Of a stretch of 64,000 nt of DNA, positions 21,100 to 34,134 are shown one piece after another. The notes beneath the pieces are model-generated. The model did no database searches. It saw only the letters and a program-made list of their open reading frames with translations, and was not told the origin of the DNA. This DNA is from Mustelus asterias (taxonomy: Eukaryota): contig NW_027590123.1 of the NCBI RefSeq assembly GCF_964213995.1, forward strand, positions 124,001 to 188,000. The letters run 5' to 3'. Every line of letters begins with the position of its first letter. Position 1 is the stretch's first letter. The translations under genes and the position numbers were made by a program.

Positions 21100-22328
21100 C
21101 TAAACCCACAAGGCTGTGTTCTCAGCCCCCTTCTATACTCCTTATACACCTATGACTGTGTGGCCAAATTCCCCTCCAACTTGATTTTCAAGTTTGCTGA
21201 TGACACCGTAGTGGGTCGGGTCTCAAACAATGACGAGACAGAGTACAGGAATGAGATAGAGAATCTGGTGAACTGGTGCGGCAATGATAATCTCTCCCTC
21301 AATGTCAACAAAATGAAGGAGATTGTCATCAATTTCAGGAAGCATAGAGGAGAACATGCCCCTGTCTACATCAATGGAGATGAAGTAGAAAGGGTCGAGA
21401 GCTTCAAGTGTCCAGTTCACCAACAACCTGGCCTGGTACCCCCATGCTGACACTATAGAACAAAGAACAAAGAAAATTATAGTGCACGAACAGGCCCTTT
21501 GGCCCTTCAAGCCTGCACCGACCATGCTGCCCGACTTAACTAAACCCTCTACCCTTCCGGGGACCATATCACTCTATTCCCATCCTATTCATGTACTTGT
21601 CAAGATGCCCCTTAGAAGTCACTACCGTATCTGCTTCCACTACCTCCCCCGGCAACGAGTTCCAGGCACCCACTACTCTCTGTGTAAAAAATCTGCCTTG
21701 TACATCTCCTTTAAGCCTTGCCCCTCGCACATTAAACCTATGGCCCCGAGTAATTGACTTAGTTAAGGAAGCCCACCAATTCCTCTACTTTCTTAGAAGA
21801 CTAAGGAAATTTGGGATGTCAGCTACGACTCTCACCAACTTTTACAGATGCACCACAGAAAGCATTTTTTCTGGTTGTATCACAGCTTGATATGGCTCCT
21901 GCTCTGACCCAAGACCGCAAGGAACTGCAAAAGGTCATGAAATCCATCACGCAAACCAGTCTCCCATCCATTGACTCTGACTACACTTCCCGCTGCCTCG
22001 GCAAAGTAGCCAGCATAATTAAGGACCCCACGTACCCCGATCATTCTCTCTTTCACCTTCTTCCCTTGGGAAAAAGATACAAAAGTCTGAGATCACGTAC
22101 CAACCGACTCAAGAACAGCTTCTTTCCTGCTGCTGTCAGTCTTTTGAATGGACCTACCTTGCATTAAGTTGATCTTTCACCACACCTTAGCTATGACTGT
22201 AACACTACATTCTGCACTCTCTCGTTTCCTTCCCTATGAACAGTATGCTTTGTCTGTATAGCGCGCAAGAAACAATACTTTTCACTATGGTAATACATGG
22301 GACGATAATAAATCAAATCAAATCAAAC
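21100..22328 (+). mobile_element. Rex1/Babar-type LINE 3' part with a nested CR1 tail (~21458-21760, -)
   Basis: PQGCVLSPLLYSLYTYDC...KFADDT...LSLNVNK, RLKNSFFP and an AATAAATC(AAATC)n end. Confidence 0.75.
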
Positions 22329-22625
22329 CTGCCATAATGGTGTTCACCTCTATCAGATCTCCCCTCCACCTCCTCCGTTCCAAGTAGAACAATTTCAGCT
22401 TCTCGAACCTGAGCTTGGAGTTAAAATTCTTCATTGCTGGAACCATTCTGATAAGTCTCCTCTGCACCTTCTCAAGGACCATCCCATCCTTCCTGAAGTG
22501 TGCTGACTGGATATGAACACAATACTCACATTGTGGTTTAAACAGTGCTTTATGAAGCTTCAGCGTAACAACCTGCTTTTAACAGAATGGCCCTATTGAA
22601 AACCAATGTATTATCTCAATGTGCA

Positions 22626-22946
22626 ATCATAGAATCCTACAGTGCAGAAGGAGGCCATCAAGTCTCCCACAATCTGACCACAATCCCACTCAGGCCCTAT
22701 CCCCATAACCCCATGCATTGACAATAGTTAGTCCCCCTGACACTAAGGGGTAATTTAGCATGGCCAATCCATGCAATCCACACACCTTTGGACTGTGGGA
22801 GGAAACCAGAGCACCCGGAGGAAATGCACGCAGACACGGGGAGAATGTGCAAACTCCACACAGACAGTAACCCAAGCTGGGAATTGAACCCGGGTCCCTG
22901 GTGCTGTGAGGCAGCAGTGGTAACAACTGTGCCACCGTGCTGGCCC
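22626..22946 (-). mobile_element. V-SINE (HE1-like)
   Basis: tRNA head and V-domain on the minus strand. Confidence 0.8.
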
Positions 22947-24114
22947 AATGAGTTGTAACTTGCTTATTTCTTTTATATTAAGTGTAGATGGGTTGCGGTG
23001 GGACCCTGTGTGGAGACTGTCTCATGGTGGTAACATGGAACATCGAGGGTGATAGAAGAACCCAGACCGAGGATATCTGAAGAACTGCACTGAACTGCAT
23101 TGTGGGTTCAAAATGGAGTGCATGCTGGTCAATGTAGTCAAGTCGCCGCCTTGTCGGAATTAGCAATGTCTGCAAAATGAATTAAATTGTGCAAGAGAAC
23201 TGGCCTCAAACTGTGAGAATGTGTTTGTTTGAGCTAATAAAGATGTCTGTAGCAGCTTGGGGATTGAAACAGTGTCAGAGGTAACACAGTGGAGTCAGGC
23301 TGGCTCTATTCCTTCAAGTATAACCGTGTAATAGGCCCAGGACGTAAGAACAAAGGAGAAGGCAATGCTGTCATTGAAATTCAATTGGCTAAAACAGATA
23401 TTACCTTATTTTTTATTCATTTACAGAGGCCAAAGCCCACAGCCTTTCCTGAATAATAAAACGTGGCGTCACCGGCTAGGCCAGCATTTATTGCCCATCT
23501 CTAATTGGCCTAGGGAAGCTGTTGGTGAGCTGCCTTCTAGAACTGCTGCAATCCCTGTGGTGTAGGTACCCCATAGTGCTGTTAGGGAGGGAGTTCCAGG
23601 ATTCTGACCCAGTGACAGCGAAGGAACAGCGATATATTTCAAAGTCAAGATGGTGAGTGTTACAATCCCAGTTGATGTTATAGCTGGATAGGAAGATCCC
23701 AGAATGGAACCCTGGCTCAAAAGACCATAACTTTTATTTTCTTTGAAAACATAGAGGAACAGAGTCACAGGACTGCCAATTAGATTTTAACAATAAAATA
23801 TTTATTAAATACGAAGAGTTTGATCATAAGACAAGACTTCTTCACTCCCACTTACCTTCACAAATGTACACAGATTTCAAGGATAACACAGGTAGAAAAT
23901 TTCTTATGCTATAATGTTCTCAGTAAACACACAGTCCCTTTAAACCCACAGGTTGACTGTAATCAGATAACCCCCACTCTGAAGTTAAGTGGCAGATGCA
24001 ACTCAATCGATCCTCTGTGGATTTCACCTCAAATTTCCCCTGAAATTATTGTCACACGAGTGTTTCCAAACTCCGCTCTCAGAAAGGTACTTTACAATCT
24101 TCTTCCAAAACAAT

Positions 24115-24640
24115 GGATGATGTCACCCAGTGGCAGCATGGGAAATGGGAGGGGCCAAGGAAAGATCCTTGGGGGACACAAAGTTCAAGGACTTTGGAGA
24201 GGAAAGGGAGGTTGGAGTTGGGACAGTAGTTTGTAACGACAGTGCGGTTAAGGGTTTTTTCCTTAGGATGGATGATGAGGGTGAATTACAGGTGAGATGG
24301 AGAGTATCAAAAAAGACAGGTCCATTAACAGTACCAGGTAATGCGGGGAAGTTGGGTTATCAGTGGTTTAGTGGGAAAAGGGTAAAGGGAGTTGAAAGCA
24401 GGTCTCATGGACAAGATGGGCAATGAGAGGGACTGACAGGAAATAGGAGAGAAACTGGAAAAAGATGTGAGTTCAGAGCTTGGATACAGAGGAGCTTTAC
24501 AGAAAGTCTGGCCCAGAGGCTAGTGGAAGGGAGGGAAGCAGCAGAGGCAGCTGATCAGATTGTCTCAATCTTAGTGACAAAAAAACTCCATGAGCTCCTC
24601 ACACTTTGTTGTTGGAGGTGAAGATGGAGGAGACAAGAGA
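24115..24640 (-). mobile_element. Old L2 LINE fragment shared with the flank of ZNF-7
   Basis: VPQGSFLGP..F..LPLG motif; homologous to ~36020-36640. Confidence 0.6.
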
Positions 24641-24845
24641 AAGTCCTTCAAAAGGAACTAACTTGTGTTAGAGATATTAAAAGGTTTTGACACAGCATGT
24701 TTAAATCAAAGACAACATATTTGATTTTTGTCCCAAATATTAGCCTCTATAACTGACCTGAAGTTTATTAACATCAGCAGAAATAGACCCTAATGGACAT
24801 AGCTCAGTTTTCAATCTGATTGACAACACAATCCAATCTCTGGAG

Positions 24846-25883
24846 TTAATTGTGAATTCGCTGGTGTCTCAGCAGGTTGGATGTCTGAGTAAATCCCATC
24901 CCACACACAGAACACGTGAATGGTCTCTCCCCGGTGTGAACTCGCTGGTGTGTCAGCAGGTTGGATGACTGAGTGAATCTCTTCCCACAATCATTGCAGA
25001 TGAACAGTCTCTCCCCAGTGTGAACTCGCTGGTGTCTTAGCAGTGCTGATGATTGAGTGAATCTCTTCCCACACCTGGAGCAGGTGAATGGTCTCTCTCC
25101 AGTGTGAACTCGCTGGTGTCTCAGCAGAATGTATGACTGAGTGAATCCTTCCCCACACTCAGAGCATGTGAACGGTCTATCCCCCGTGTGAGTGCGCTGG
25201 TGAACGGTGAGATGAGATGATCGCTTGAACCCAGTTCCGCAGTGAGACCACCTGAACGGTCTCTCGTCAGTGTGAACTTGTTGATGGTACATCAGTTCCT
25301 GAGAGGTTTTATAACACTTCCCACAGCCCAGACATTTAAACGGTCTCTCGTCAGTGTGATTTCTTTGGTGTGTCGTCAGGTTGGATAAATTAATAAATCC
25401 TTTCCCACACTCAGAGCAGGTGAACGGTCTCTGCCTAGTGTGAACTCGCTGGTGTGTCAGCAGGGTGGATTGGTGAGTGAATCCCTGCCCACAGTCAGAG
25501 CAGATGAAAGGTCTCTCCCCAGTGTGAATTCGCTGGTGTGTCAGCAGGGTGTATGATTCAGTGAATCCCATCCCACACATAGAGCAGGTGAATGGCCTCT
25601 GCCCAGTGTGTGTGCGCTGGTGTGTCAGCAGGGTGGATGACTTAGTGAATCCCTTCCCGCAGTCAGAGCAGGTGAACGGCCTCTCCCCTGTGTGACTGCG
25701 CTGATGAGTTTCCAGCTGGGATGGGTAATTGAATCCCTTCCCACAGTCCTCACATTTCCACGGCTTCTCCCCATCATGACTGCATTTATGTTTTGACAGG
25801 CCAGATGATCGATTGAATCCTTGTCCACACACAGAACACAAGTATGATTTATTTCCACTGTGAACGGTGCTTTTTCCTTCCAT
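24846..25883 (-). CDS. C2H2 zinc-finger protein ZNF-5 (MEGK type; 12 fingers, finger 8 has C>W)
   Basis: ATG at 25883 ([10 protein letters not shown]); acceptor TTTCACAG with exon start at 25989. Confidence 0.88.
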   Translation of the reverse strand: MEGKSTVHSGNKSYLCSVCGQGFNRSSGLSKHKCSHDGEKPWKCEDCGKGFNYPSQLETHQRSHTGERPFTCSDCGKGFTKSSTLLTHQRTHTGQRPFTCSMCGMGFTESYTLLTHQRIHTGERPFICSDCGQGFTHQSTLLTHQRVHTRQRPFTCSECGKGFINLSNLTTHQRNHTDERPFKCLGCGKCYKTSQELMYHQQVHTDERPFRWSHCGTGFKRSSHLTVHQRTHTGDRPFTCSECGEGFTQSYILLRHQRVHTGERPFTCSRCGKRFTQSSALLRHQRVHTGERLFICNDCGKRFTQSSNLLTHQRVHTGERPFTCSVCGMGFTQTSNLLRHQRIHN

Positions 25884-26629
25884 GTTCAAAATATGACAAT
25901 GTTCAGGTTACGATAAATTGGTCGACTTTATCAGCCCCTGATGTGATGTTTGGTTTGTTTCCCAATTGCAAATCGTCCTCTTCTAAACCCTGTGAAATTG
26001 ATTTGAAATAGAAAAAAAGGAGTGAGAAAGAACCTACAAAAACACAAAGGCAGGTTGTGAAATTGAGCTGAATGAATCTGATAATATGTGGGGCCAGCAC
26101 GAGGAAAAAGTGACCATGAAACATGCTTGATTCAATTGATGCACTCATGTGCTTCAGGGAAGGAAACTTGCCAACTGGTCTGGACTCTGCACTGAATCTC
26201 CAACAAAGCTTCCCACCCAAGTCCTATGCCCATAACCCCACATATTTATCACGTTACTTCCCCTAATATCTTGGGGCACTAAGAGGCAATTTAGCATGGC
26301 AATCCAGCTAACCTGCACATCATTGGACTGAGAGGAAACCGGAGCACCTGGATGAAAACCCACGCAGACAAGAGGGGACAGAGTCACACATGGCTGGAGC
26401 TGTGAGACAGCAGTGCTAACAACTTGCCACCCCTTTTCAAAGAACTGCAACAATTTTGAGGAATATCTAGGAATATTATATTTTGTTAAAGAGACTGTAT
26501 GATACAAATGATTGTATCGTTGCTCTGCCTCATCAGTAAGAAATTGGAAGTGAAAGAGCGAAGCAGTTTGATGGACAAGTTGTTCACATTCTGTCACTCG
26601 GGCGAATTTCAAAATCATTGCCCCTCATA

Positions 26630-27110
26630 AAGAGGGCGGCTGCGCATGCGCTTCTAATAGAGGGCTATTGCTCCTAATAAAGATGGCAACCGCGCATGCG
26701 CCATATTGGTAGTGCCCGGATAAAAATGGCGGCAGTTAACCCGGGTTTGTCGCGGGAAGAAAGCAGCGGCCTTGCTCTGTGCAAACGGCCGGGACCATCT
26801 TCGGATAGCGGTCGGTTTTTTTTGCAGAGGTTTGTTGTTCATGATTACGAAGCCTCTCTAATCCCTCCGCCTGATTCATCGCTGCCTCCGCCCGCCATTC
26901 CCACTTTTTCTGATTGTGGATTCGAGAAATCCTCTCTCCATCGCCATTAATCACACTGCGCATGCTTCACTCAGCCCCGCCCCTCATTCAGTCTGGTTGG
27001 AGGACCAGCCGCTGCCGCTCGCTCCTCCAGCCCCGCCCCTTCCTGCTATTGGACCGGAGCTGCCGTCAATCAGTCCCCGGGCATTGTGAGGTGTCAGGTG
27101 AGAGGTCAGT
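26630..27110. promoter_or_regulatory. CpG-island bidirectional promoter between ZNF-5 (-) and ZNF-6 (+)
   Basis: TGCGCATGCGC (NRF1) at 26641; AAAATGGCGGC (YY1) at ~26723; GC boxes; dyad at 26998-27029; CAG/GTGAGA donor at ~27098. Confidence 0.75.
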
Positions 27111-27208
27111 GTCGTCAGGGGGGGGGGGGGTTACGACTCACTATCACTGTCCGCCACTTCAAACGCCAACAAAGAGAGCAGGGGAACGCTGACCAAGTGG
27201 CAATGTCA

Positions 27209-27450
27209 GTGTAAGAGTTTTAACAACACCAGGTTAAAGTCCAACAGGTTTATTTGGTAGCAAATACCATTAGCTTTCGGAACACTGCCCCTTCGTCAGA
27301 TGGAGTGGAAATCTGCTCTCAAACAGGGCACAGAGCGCTCTGAAAGCTAGTGGCTTTTGCTACCAAATAAACCTGTTGGACTTTAACCTGGTGTTGTGAG
27401 ACTTCTTACTGTGTTCACCCCAGTCCAACGCCGGGCATCTCCACATCATG
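27209..27450. mobile_element. Palindromic Penelope-like terminal-repeat insertion with a hammerhead (27267-27303, -)
   Basis: Inverted arms; reverse complement reads CCAT-CTGACGA-A-GGGGC-agt-GTTCC-GAAA-GC-TA-ATGG. Confidence 0.75.
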
Positions 27451-27799
27451 ACTGCATAAGTAATACAGAGAGACAGCACATTGTTATGGGGACAGGGCTT
27501 GAAATCCATTCAATCAATAAAATCTCGAATTCAAAATTAGTCTCAATGATGGTGACTGAGGCTCCTCTGAGAAAATCAGTTCTGGACACAAGGTTAACGT
27601 CTGTGATTCTGTCTGGTCAGTCAGGGTGGTTCAGATTCATGTTGTCACAAGTAATTCATGAAATTATCTGCTTGACAGATGCATGAACAGGAAGCGAACA
27701 GAGAGATGGAAACAGCGTATCGGTGCAGGCTTGGTGTGCCGAAGGGCCTTTTCCTGTACTGCATTGTTCTTTGTCCGAGCACATTGATAGATCTGTGGA

Positions 27800-29070
27800 C
27801 ATAGGAATATAAGAATTAGGAGCAGAAGTAGGCAAATTCAGCCCTTCGAGCCTGCTCCGCCATTCAATCAGATCATGGCTGATCTCTCCCTGGTCTCAAA
27901 TTCACCTCCCCACCTCTTCCCCATATAAAAAACATAACATAAGAACTAGGAGCAGGAGTAGGCCATCTGGCCCCTCGAATCTGCTCCACCATTCAATAAG
28001 ATCATGGCTGATCTTTTTGTGGACTCAACTCCACTAACCCATCCGCTCACCATAACCCTTAACTCCTTTATTGTTCAAAAATGTATCTATCCTTGCCTTA
28101 AAAACATTCAATGAGGGAGCCTCAACTGCTTCACTGGGCAGGGAATTCCACAGATTCACAACCCTTTGTGTGAAGAAGTTCCTCCTCAACTCAGTCCTAA
28201 ATCTGCTTCCCCTTATTTTGAGGCTATGCCCCCTAGTTCTAGTTTCACCCGCCATTGGAATCAACTTCCCTGCTTCTATCTTATTTATTCCCTTCATAAT
28301 CTTATATATTTCGATAAGATCTCCCCTCATTCTTCTGAATTCCAATGAGTCTAGCCCCAGTCTACTCAGTCTCTCCTCATAAGCCAACCCTCTCAACTCC
28401 GGAATCAACCTAGTGAATCTCCTCTGCACCCCCTTCAGTGCCAGTATATCCTTTCTCAAGTAAGGAGACCAAAACTGTACACAGTACTCCAGGTGTGGCC
28501 TCAGCAGCACCTTATACAGCTGCAACATAACCTCACTGTTTTTAAACTCCATCCCTCTAGCAATGAAGGACAAAATTCCATTTGCCTTCTTCATTACCTG
28601 CTGCACCTGCAAACCTACTCCTTGAGATTCCTGCACAAGGACACCCAGGTCCCTCTGCACGGCAGCATGCTGCAATTTTTTTACCATTTAAATAATAGTC
28701 CATTTTGCTGTTATTCCTACCAAAATGGATGACCTCACATTTACCAACATTGTACTCCATCTGCTAGACCCTCGCCCACTCACTTTGACTATCTATATCC
28801 CTTTGCAGACTTTCAGTGTCCTCTTTGCTCTGCCACTCATCTTATTGTCATCTGCGAATTTTGACACACTACACTTGGTCCCCAACTCCAAATCATCGAT
28901 GTAAATGGTAAACATCCACTTACATTTTTAAAATTAGAAATATATCTATCTCCTTGAAACATTCAACGCTTCAGACTGCACAGCGCTATGAGCAGCGAGT
29001 TCCACAAATTCACCACCCTCTGAATGAAGTAGTTCCTCCTCATCTCAGTTTTAAATCTACTGTCTCTCGA
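27800..29070 (-). mobile_element. Nested CR1 LINE fragments
   Basis: ORF 28034-28687 contains LLRPHLEYCVQFWSP...RGDLIEIYK; two 3' tails. Confidence 0.85.
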
Positions 29071-29309
29071 CTTGTACCTGTGACCTTTTACACTCCAACA
29101 TCCCTCTGTTCTTCTGCAATTTTCACAGTCCTGCCATTTATCAGTAATCCTTTGCCTTGTTTTCCCCTCCAGTTTTCTGCCTCACTATCAAGCGCACACA
29201 TTTTTTTGTGTCATTGGTGAACCTATATTTAACTTCAAATCAATTATATAAACCAGGAATGAAGGACCTAGCAATGATCCCTATGAAACCCCTTCTGGAA
29301 ACAGCCTTT

Positions 29310-29680
29310 TAATTTTCTTTATTCTTTGTGGGGTGTGGGTGTCACTGGCAAGACCAGCATTGTTGCTCAGTCCTAATGGCTCTTAAGCTGAGTGACTTGC
29401 TGTGCTTTTTCAGAGCGCAGTTCTGGAAGTCAACCACAATGCTGTGGGTCTGGATTCACATGTAGGCCAGATCAGGTAAGGGCATTGGTGAACAGGATGG
29501 GTTTTTACAACAATTGCCAATGATTTCATGTTCACCCAGGGACTAGTTTGCAATTCCAGATTTATTAATTCAATTTAATTTCCACCAGCGGCCATGGTTG
29601 GATTTGAATGTATTCCCCAGACCATTACCCTGAGCCTCTGGATTAACAGCCCAATTACATAACCACTGCATCACCATCTT
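29310..29680 (-). mobile_element. tRNA-derived SINE, Deu-domain/SacSINE1-like
   Basis: tRNA-like head, then a CTGGCCTACATGTGAATCCAGACCCACAGCA-type body and a tail; related to 32985-33170. Confidence 0.55.
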
Positions 29681-30509
29681 CCAGTCACAAAAAAACACAC
29701 ATCAACTGTCATTCATCACTTCGTGCAACTGAGGCAATTTTGAATCCAAAATGTAACTTGCTCTTGGATCTTTATTTTGCTGCCCAGTCCACCATGTGGA
29801 ACCTTGTCGATATGGAGAGAACGTTTCCATTTGCGGGAGAATCCAAAACGGGGGCAGAAATACAAGATAGTTACTGTTAAATCCACTTAGGAAATAAGGA
29901 GATGTTATTTTACTCAGAATAATTAGAATGTGGAATTCATTACCAAAGGAAGTGGTTGTGGCAAAAGGCTGAGATCCTTTCAAAAGGAAACTAAACGAGT
30001 ACACGAGAGAGAGAGAGAGAGAGGAATAGAAAAACCAACTGAAAGATTGAGCTGAGGGAGATGCAATGGAGGAGAAGTGTGTGGAGTTTCAACACCAGCA
30101 GAGACAAGCTGGGCAGAATGACCTGTTTTTATTCTATATGTTCTATGTAATTTTATATAAACTCTATTGACAGGGTATTAGAAGAGGAGGATTTACAGAC
30201 AGGAAAGTAAAACCAATTATGAGGATCTTATCGTGACTCAATTTATCAGGACCTGAATATTTGAATGTGGAAGGAGAAATGTTTGTCTGTTCTGTCTGTG
30301 GGAGAAGATTTCAAATATCAATGTGACTGGAAAAGCACCGACACACACACACCGAGTGAGAGTGTTCCAGTGAGCTGACTGTGGAAAGACTTTTATCCAG
30401 TTACACAGCCTGAAAATCATTCACAGCGAGGAGAGATCGTACACATTCTGTGTGTGGACCAGGCTTCAACTGATCATCCAACCTGGAGAGACATAAGAAC
30501 AACTGCACC

Positions 30510-31436
30510 ATGGAGAAACCGTGGAAATGTGAGGACTGTGGGAAGGAATTCAAATACCAGTCACGGCTGGAATATCATCAACACACTCACACTGGGGAGA
30601 AACCATTCCCCTGCTCCACGTGTGGGAAGGGATTCACTCGGTCAACTGACCTTCTGAGACACCAGCACATTCACACTGAGGAGAGACCGTTCACTTGCTC
30701 CACATGTGGGAAGGGATTCATTAATTCATCTGATCTTCGGGTACACCAGCGAGTTCACACTGGGGAGAGACCATTCACCTGCACCGCATGTGGGAGGGAA
30801 TTCACTCAGTCAGCCCACCTGCTGACACACCAGCGAGTTCACACCGGAGAGAGACCATTCACCTGCTCTGTGTGTGGGAAGGGATTCTCTCGGTCGACCC
30901 ACCTCACTGCCCACCAACTGGTTCACTCTGATCAGAGATCTTTTCGCTGTTCTGACTGTGAGAAGAGCTTTAAAAGCAGGTACCAGATGCTGACACACCA
31001 ACGTACCCACACTGGAGACAGGCCATTCACCTGTTCCAAATGTGGGAAGGGATTCATTCATTCATCTGACTTTCTGATACACCAGCGAATTCACACTGGG
31101 GAACGACCATACGCCTGCTCCATGTGTGGCAAGAATTTCTCTCGATTATCCCGCCTTGCTGTTCACAAACTGGTTCACACTGATCTGAGACCTTTTAAAT
31201 GTTCTGATTGTGAAAAATGTTTTAAAAGCAAACGTGAGGTGCTGTCACACCAACGTACCCACATTGGGGAGAGGCCGTTCACCTGCTCCAAATGTGGGAA
31301 AAGATTCGCCAATTCATCCAACTTTCTGAGACACCAGCGAGTTCACACTGGGGAGAGGTTGTTTACCTGCTGTGTCTGTGGGAAGGGATTTGCTCAGTCA
31401 AACAACCTGGTTCGACACCAGCAAGTTCACAAGTGA
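30510..31436 (+). CDS. C2H2 zinc-finger protein ZNF-6 (11 fingers)
   Basis: CACCATGG start; 308 aa = 11 x 28; acceptor with exon start at 30174. Confidence 0.9.
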   Translation: MEKPWKCEDCGKEFKYQSRLEYHQHTHTGEKPFPCSTCGKGFTRSTDLLRHQHIHTEERPFTCSTCGKGFINSSDLRVHQRVHTGERPFTCTACGREFTQSAHLLTHQRVHTGERPFTCSVCGKGFSRSTHLTAHQLVHSDQRSFRCSDCEKSFKSRYQMLTHQRTHTGDRPFTCSKCGKGFIHSSDFLIHQRIHTGERPYACSMCGKNFSRLSRLAVHKLVHTDLRPFKCSDCEKCFKSKREVLSHQRTHIGERPFTCSKCGKRFANSSNFLRHQRVHTGERLFTCCVCGKGFAQSNNLVRHQQVHK

Positions 31437-31889
31437 CTGTAGGAGTTGGATTCTGCTGTTATTGCTGCTGTTAATCACATTTGGGACTAAACCATCTTCA
31501 TTCTGACTATTTGTGTTATTTCTGCTGATAATAATTGAACTGAAGTTTAATATTCTGGGTATATCTCAAATTAATCAGCTTTGGTTTAAACACATTGTTG
31601 TAGATTTTGTCTTTCCCACCTGAGTGTTTAACATCACCTGTCTGGAGCTCAAGAAAGGACAGTCTTGGGGAGGATCATATGGCAGGAACAGAACTTCAGC
31701 CTGTACACAGTCCAGGAGCACAATGACCATACGCATCTTGTCCCTGTGATAAAATCAAACAGTGTTTATTCTCCGTCTAGTTATCTGACCTTTTAGTTTT
31801 GTACAGTTTACACTCACCTCCATGGTAACACATATTGTGTTTCCTTCCCTCATTTCCAATTTGCCAGTATCAGATTTGTTTTTTCCAAT

Positions 31890-32720
31890 CTATCGAGAAC
31901 ACGATGTGGACCTTCCCAATTTTCCACCTGGCCCACCTTTTTTTAACAATGTTTTTGACATAACCTCATCACCTGTTGAATGATTAATGTGTGAGGTGTT
32001 CCTCCATGGAGGTGTTGAGATGGGCAGCATCCAACCTCTCCACTGTCTGTAGCAGGGAGGATGCTAAGATTTGTTGGAAATTCTGGAAAACTGCTCATGA
32101 GTCTGTCGAGTAGCATTGGGGAGTGGGACCCCAGTGAGAATCACAATCTGGATTAGCTAACCCGTCATGACCTGAAATGGACTGTGACCGGGATCATGAA
32201 TAGGAGGGGAGTGAATGGTCATTGAGACACCAGGCAAGGCAGTGACCCAGTCATTGGCCTTAACGAGATCATCAGCTCCCTTCACGATGGCTTTTTTCAA
32301 TGTTGTTTCTCCAGAGTTATTGAAGCTCTCAACCATCCCACCAGATTGCAGGTAGATTTGGGAATGTTGTTCCAGACCCACAGCTGCTGCATTGCTTCTG
32401 CAGTGAAATGAGAACCATTGTCACTCTGCCCTTTTCCAGAAAGCCCCATCTGGTAAAGATCTGTTCCCACAAGGTTTTAGCTGTAGTGACTGCTGCATTG
32501 TTTTTACAAACAGCGCAAGCTTCAGTCCAATAAGTAAACATATATATAACTGCCGGTCCCCTCTTAATGTGGAGGGTGGGTCTGTATAATCAACCTGCAG
32601 TGTTTCCTCGGGAACATCAATAATATGGGACGTGTTATGGAACAATACATTTCACAGGGTCTTATTAGTTTGAACACAGATGAGGCACAGTTTCAGGAGG
32701 TGATGGACATTCTGATGCAT
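31890..32720 (-). mobile_element. Decayed LTR-retrotransposon/retroviral integrase
   Basis: LQVDYT, FTYWTEA...TTAKTLWEQIFTRWG, QSGGMVE, DWVTALP and WEGPHRV motifs spread across frames. Confidence 0.65.
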
Positions 32721-32984
32721 CCTCAGCCACTGATGGTATCATAATTATGTATAATATTGAGCACTCAAAAAACAGAAATATTCCCTGCTTTGATCCATCA
32801 AATATACTAATTCTTTTTGAAGCTATCGAGGATTGACTGAAGTAAAATTTAAACGCTGCTTGTGATAGAAAACCTCATTATATCAAATACGTGAGATGCT
32901 ATGAGGGATGAAAGAAAGTTTCCTCTGGTCTGCACCCTCTTTGGCCACAGTCATGGGACTTGGCTTCGCATCCAGCCATTTCAG

Positions 32985-33170
32985 AAAAGAAATCTGGTTC
33001 ACTAATATTCTTCAGGGAAGGAAATCTGCCGTCCTTACCTGGTCTGGCCCACATGTGACTCCAGAGCCACAGCAATGTGGTTGACTCTCAACAGCCCTCA
33101 GGCAATTAGAGATGGGCAGTAAATGCTGGCCAGCCAGCAACACCCATGTCCCATGAATGCATTTTAAAAA
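32985..33170 (+). mobile_element. Deu-type SINE 3' fragment
   Basis: CAGGGAAGGAAATCTGCCGTCCTTACCTGGTCTGGCC...AAATGCTGGCC. Confidence 0.55.
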
Positions 33171-33705
33171 GTCACATCAGGGTGAGAGTCCTGACAAGTT
33201 TTTAAATCAGGTTTAATTGGACTCTATCATATCGGTGACATTGATTGTGTTTTGGATGGAATCCCTTCCAAAGCAGCTTTCCTGGTGAGTCATTCTGCCT
33301 GGTTCTTACCATCACTCTCTTCACTAACTCCTGCTGCTGATCTACCTTCACCTGACAAATAGCAGTTTATTGTGGACTCTAACCAGCAACATCCCCAATC
33401 ATTCAGAGTTGGATTGATGAGGAGTGGCTTCCTTTCTGCTGTGGAGAAGCTGCGTTTCAGAATATTTAGTAGTTACATCAGTAACGATTTGAAGGGCTGT
33501 GATCACAATAATGTGAGATTTCTGGGCTAACTGTTGCAGTTGTGGTGGATATTTAGTAAGGACACTACAACTGCTACAGAGAATCAAAGACACAGCTCCA
33601 GTCTGATACAGACCTTGTTCATAAAACTGAGACCTGATCACATAAGCCCCAGGTCAATCTCACAGTGATTTGTCTTTAACAGGTCCATTGGACACGACCC
33701 CTTTC

Positions 33706-33910
33706 AAGTTTTAAAGTTTAAACATTTGTGTCACAAGTAGGCTTACATTAACATTGCAATGATGTTTCTGTGAGAATCCCCTAGTCGCCACACTCCGGCG
33801 CCTGTTCGGGTTCACTGAGGGAGAATTTAGCACGACCAATGCACCCAACCAACACATCTTTCGGACTGTGGGAGGAAACTGGAGCACCTGGAGGAAACCC
33901 ATACTGACAA
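33706..33910 (-). mobile_element. V-SINE fragment with an alternative 3' tail
   Basis: V-domain followed by CCCGAACAGGCGCCGGAGTGTGGCGACTAGGGGA, the same tail as 62690-62980. Confidence 0.65.
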
Positions 33911-34134
33911 GTACATGGGATTCTTTCATTCTGAAACATCCCAGCTAAGTGATAATTATGAAGATTCAGGACATGAATGCACAATTCTAGAATTCATCCT
34001 CTCTTAACACAACAGAATACTTCCTTAGCCCTTTATTGATAAAGTCACTGTAGTGTATGGGGTCTGCAGAAATATTCAATTAAACTCTACCAGGCACTTT
34101 GTGTGCTTAACTAGCCAATGGACACTGATTCCCC

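Noticed and set aside
30471-30473. Conserved in-frame TGA upstream of the start read as selenocysteine or recoding
   Set aside because: The position is TAA in ZNF-3, TCA in ZNF-4 and CGA in ZNF-5; the surrounding leaders have frameshifts and no SECIS was recognised; CpG decay is simpler
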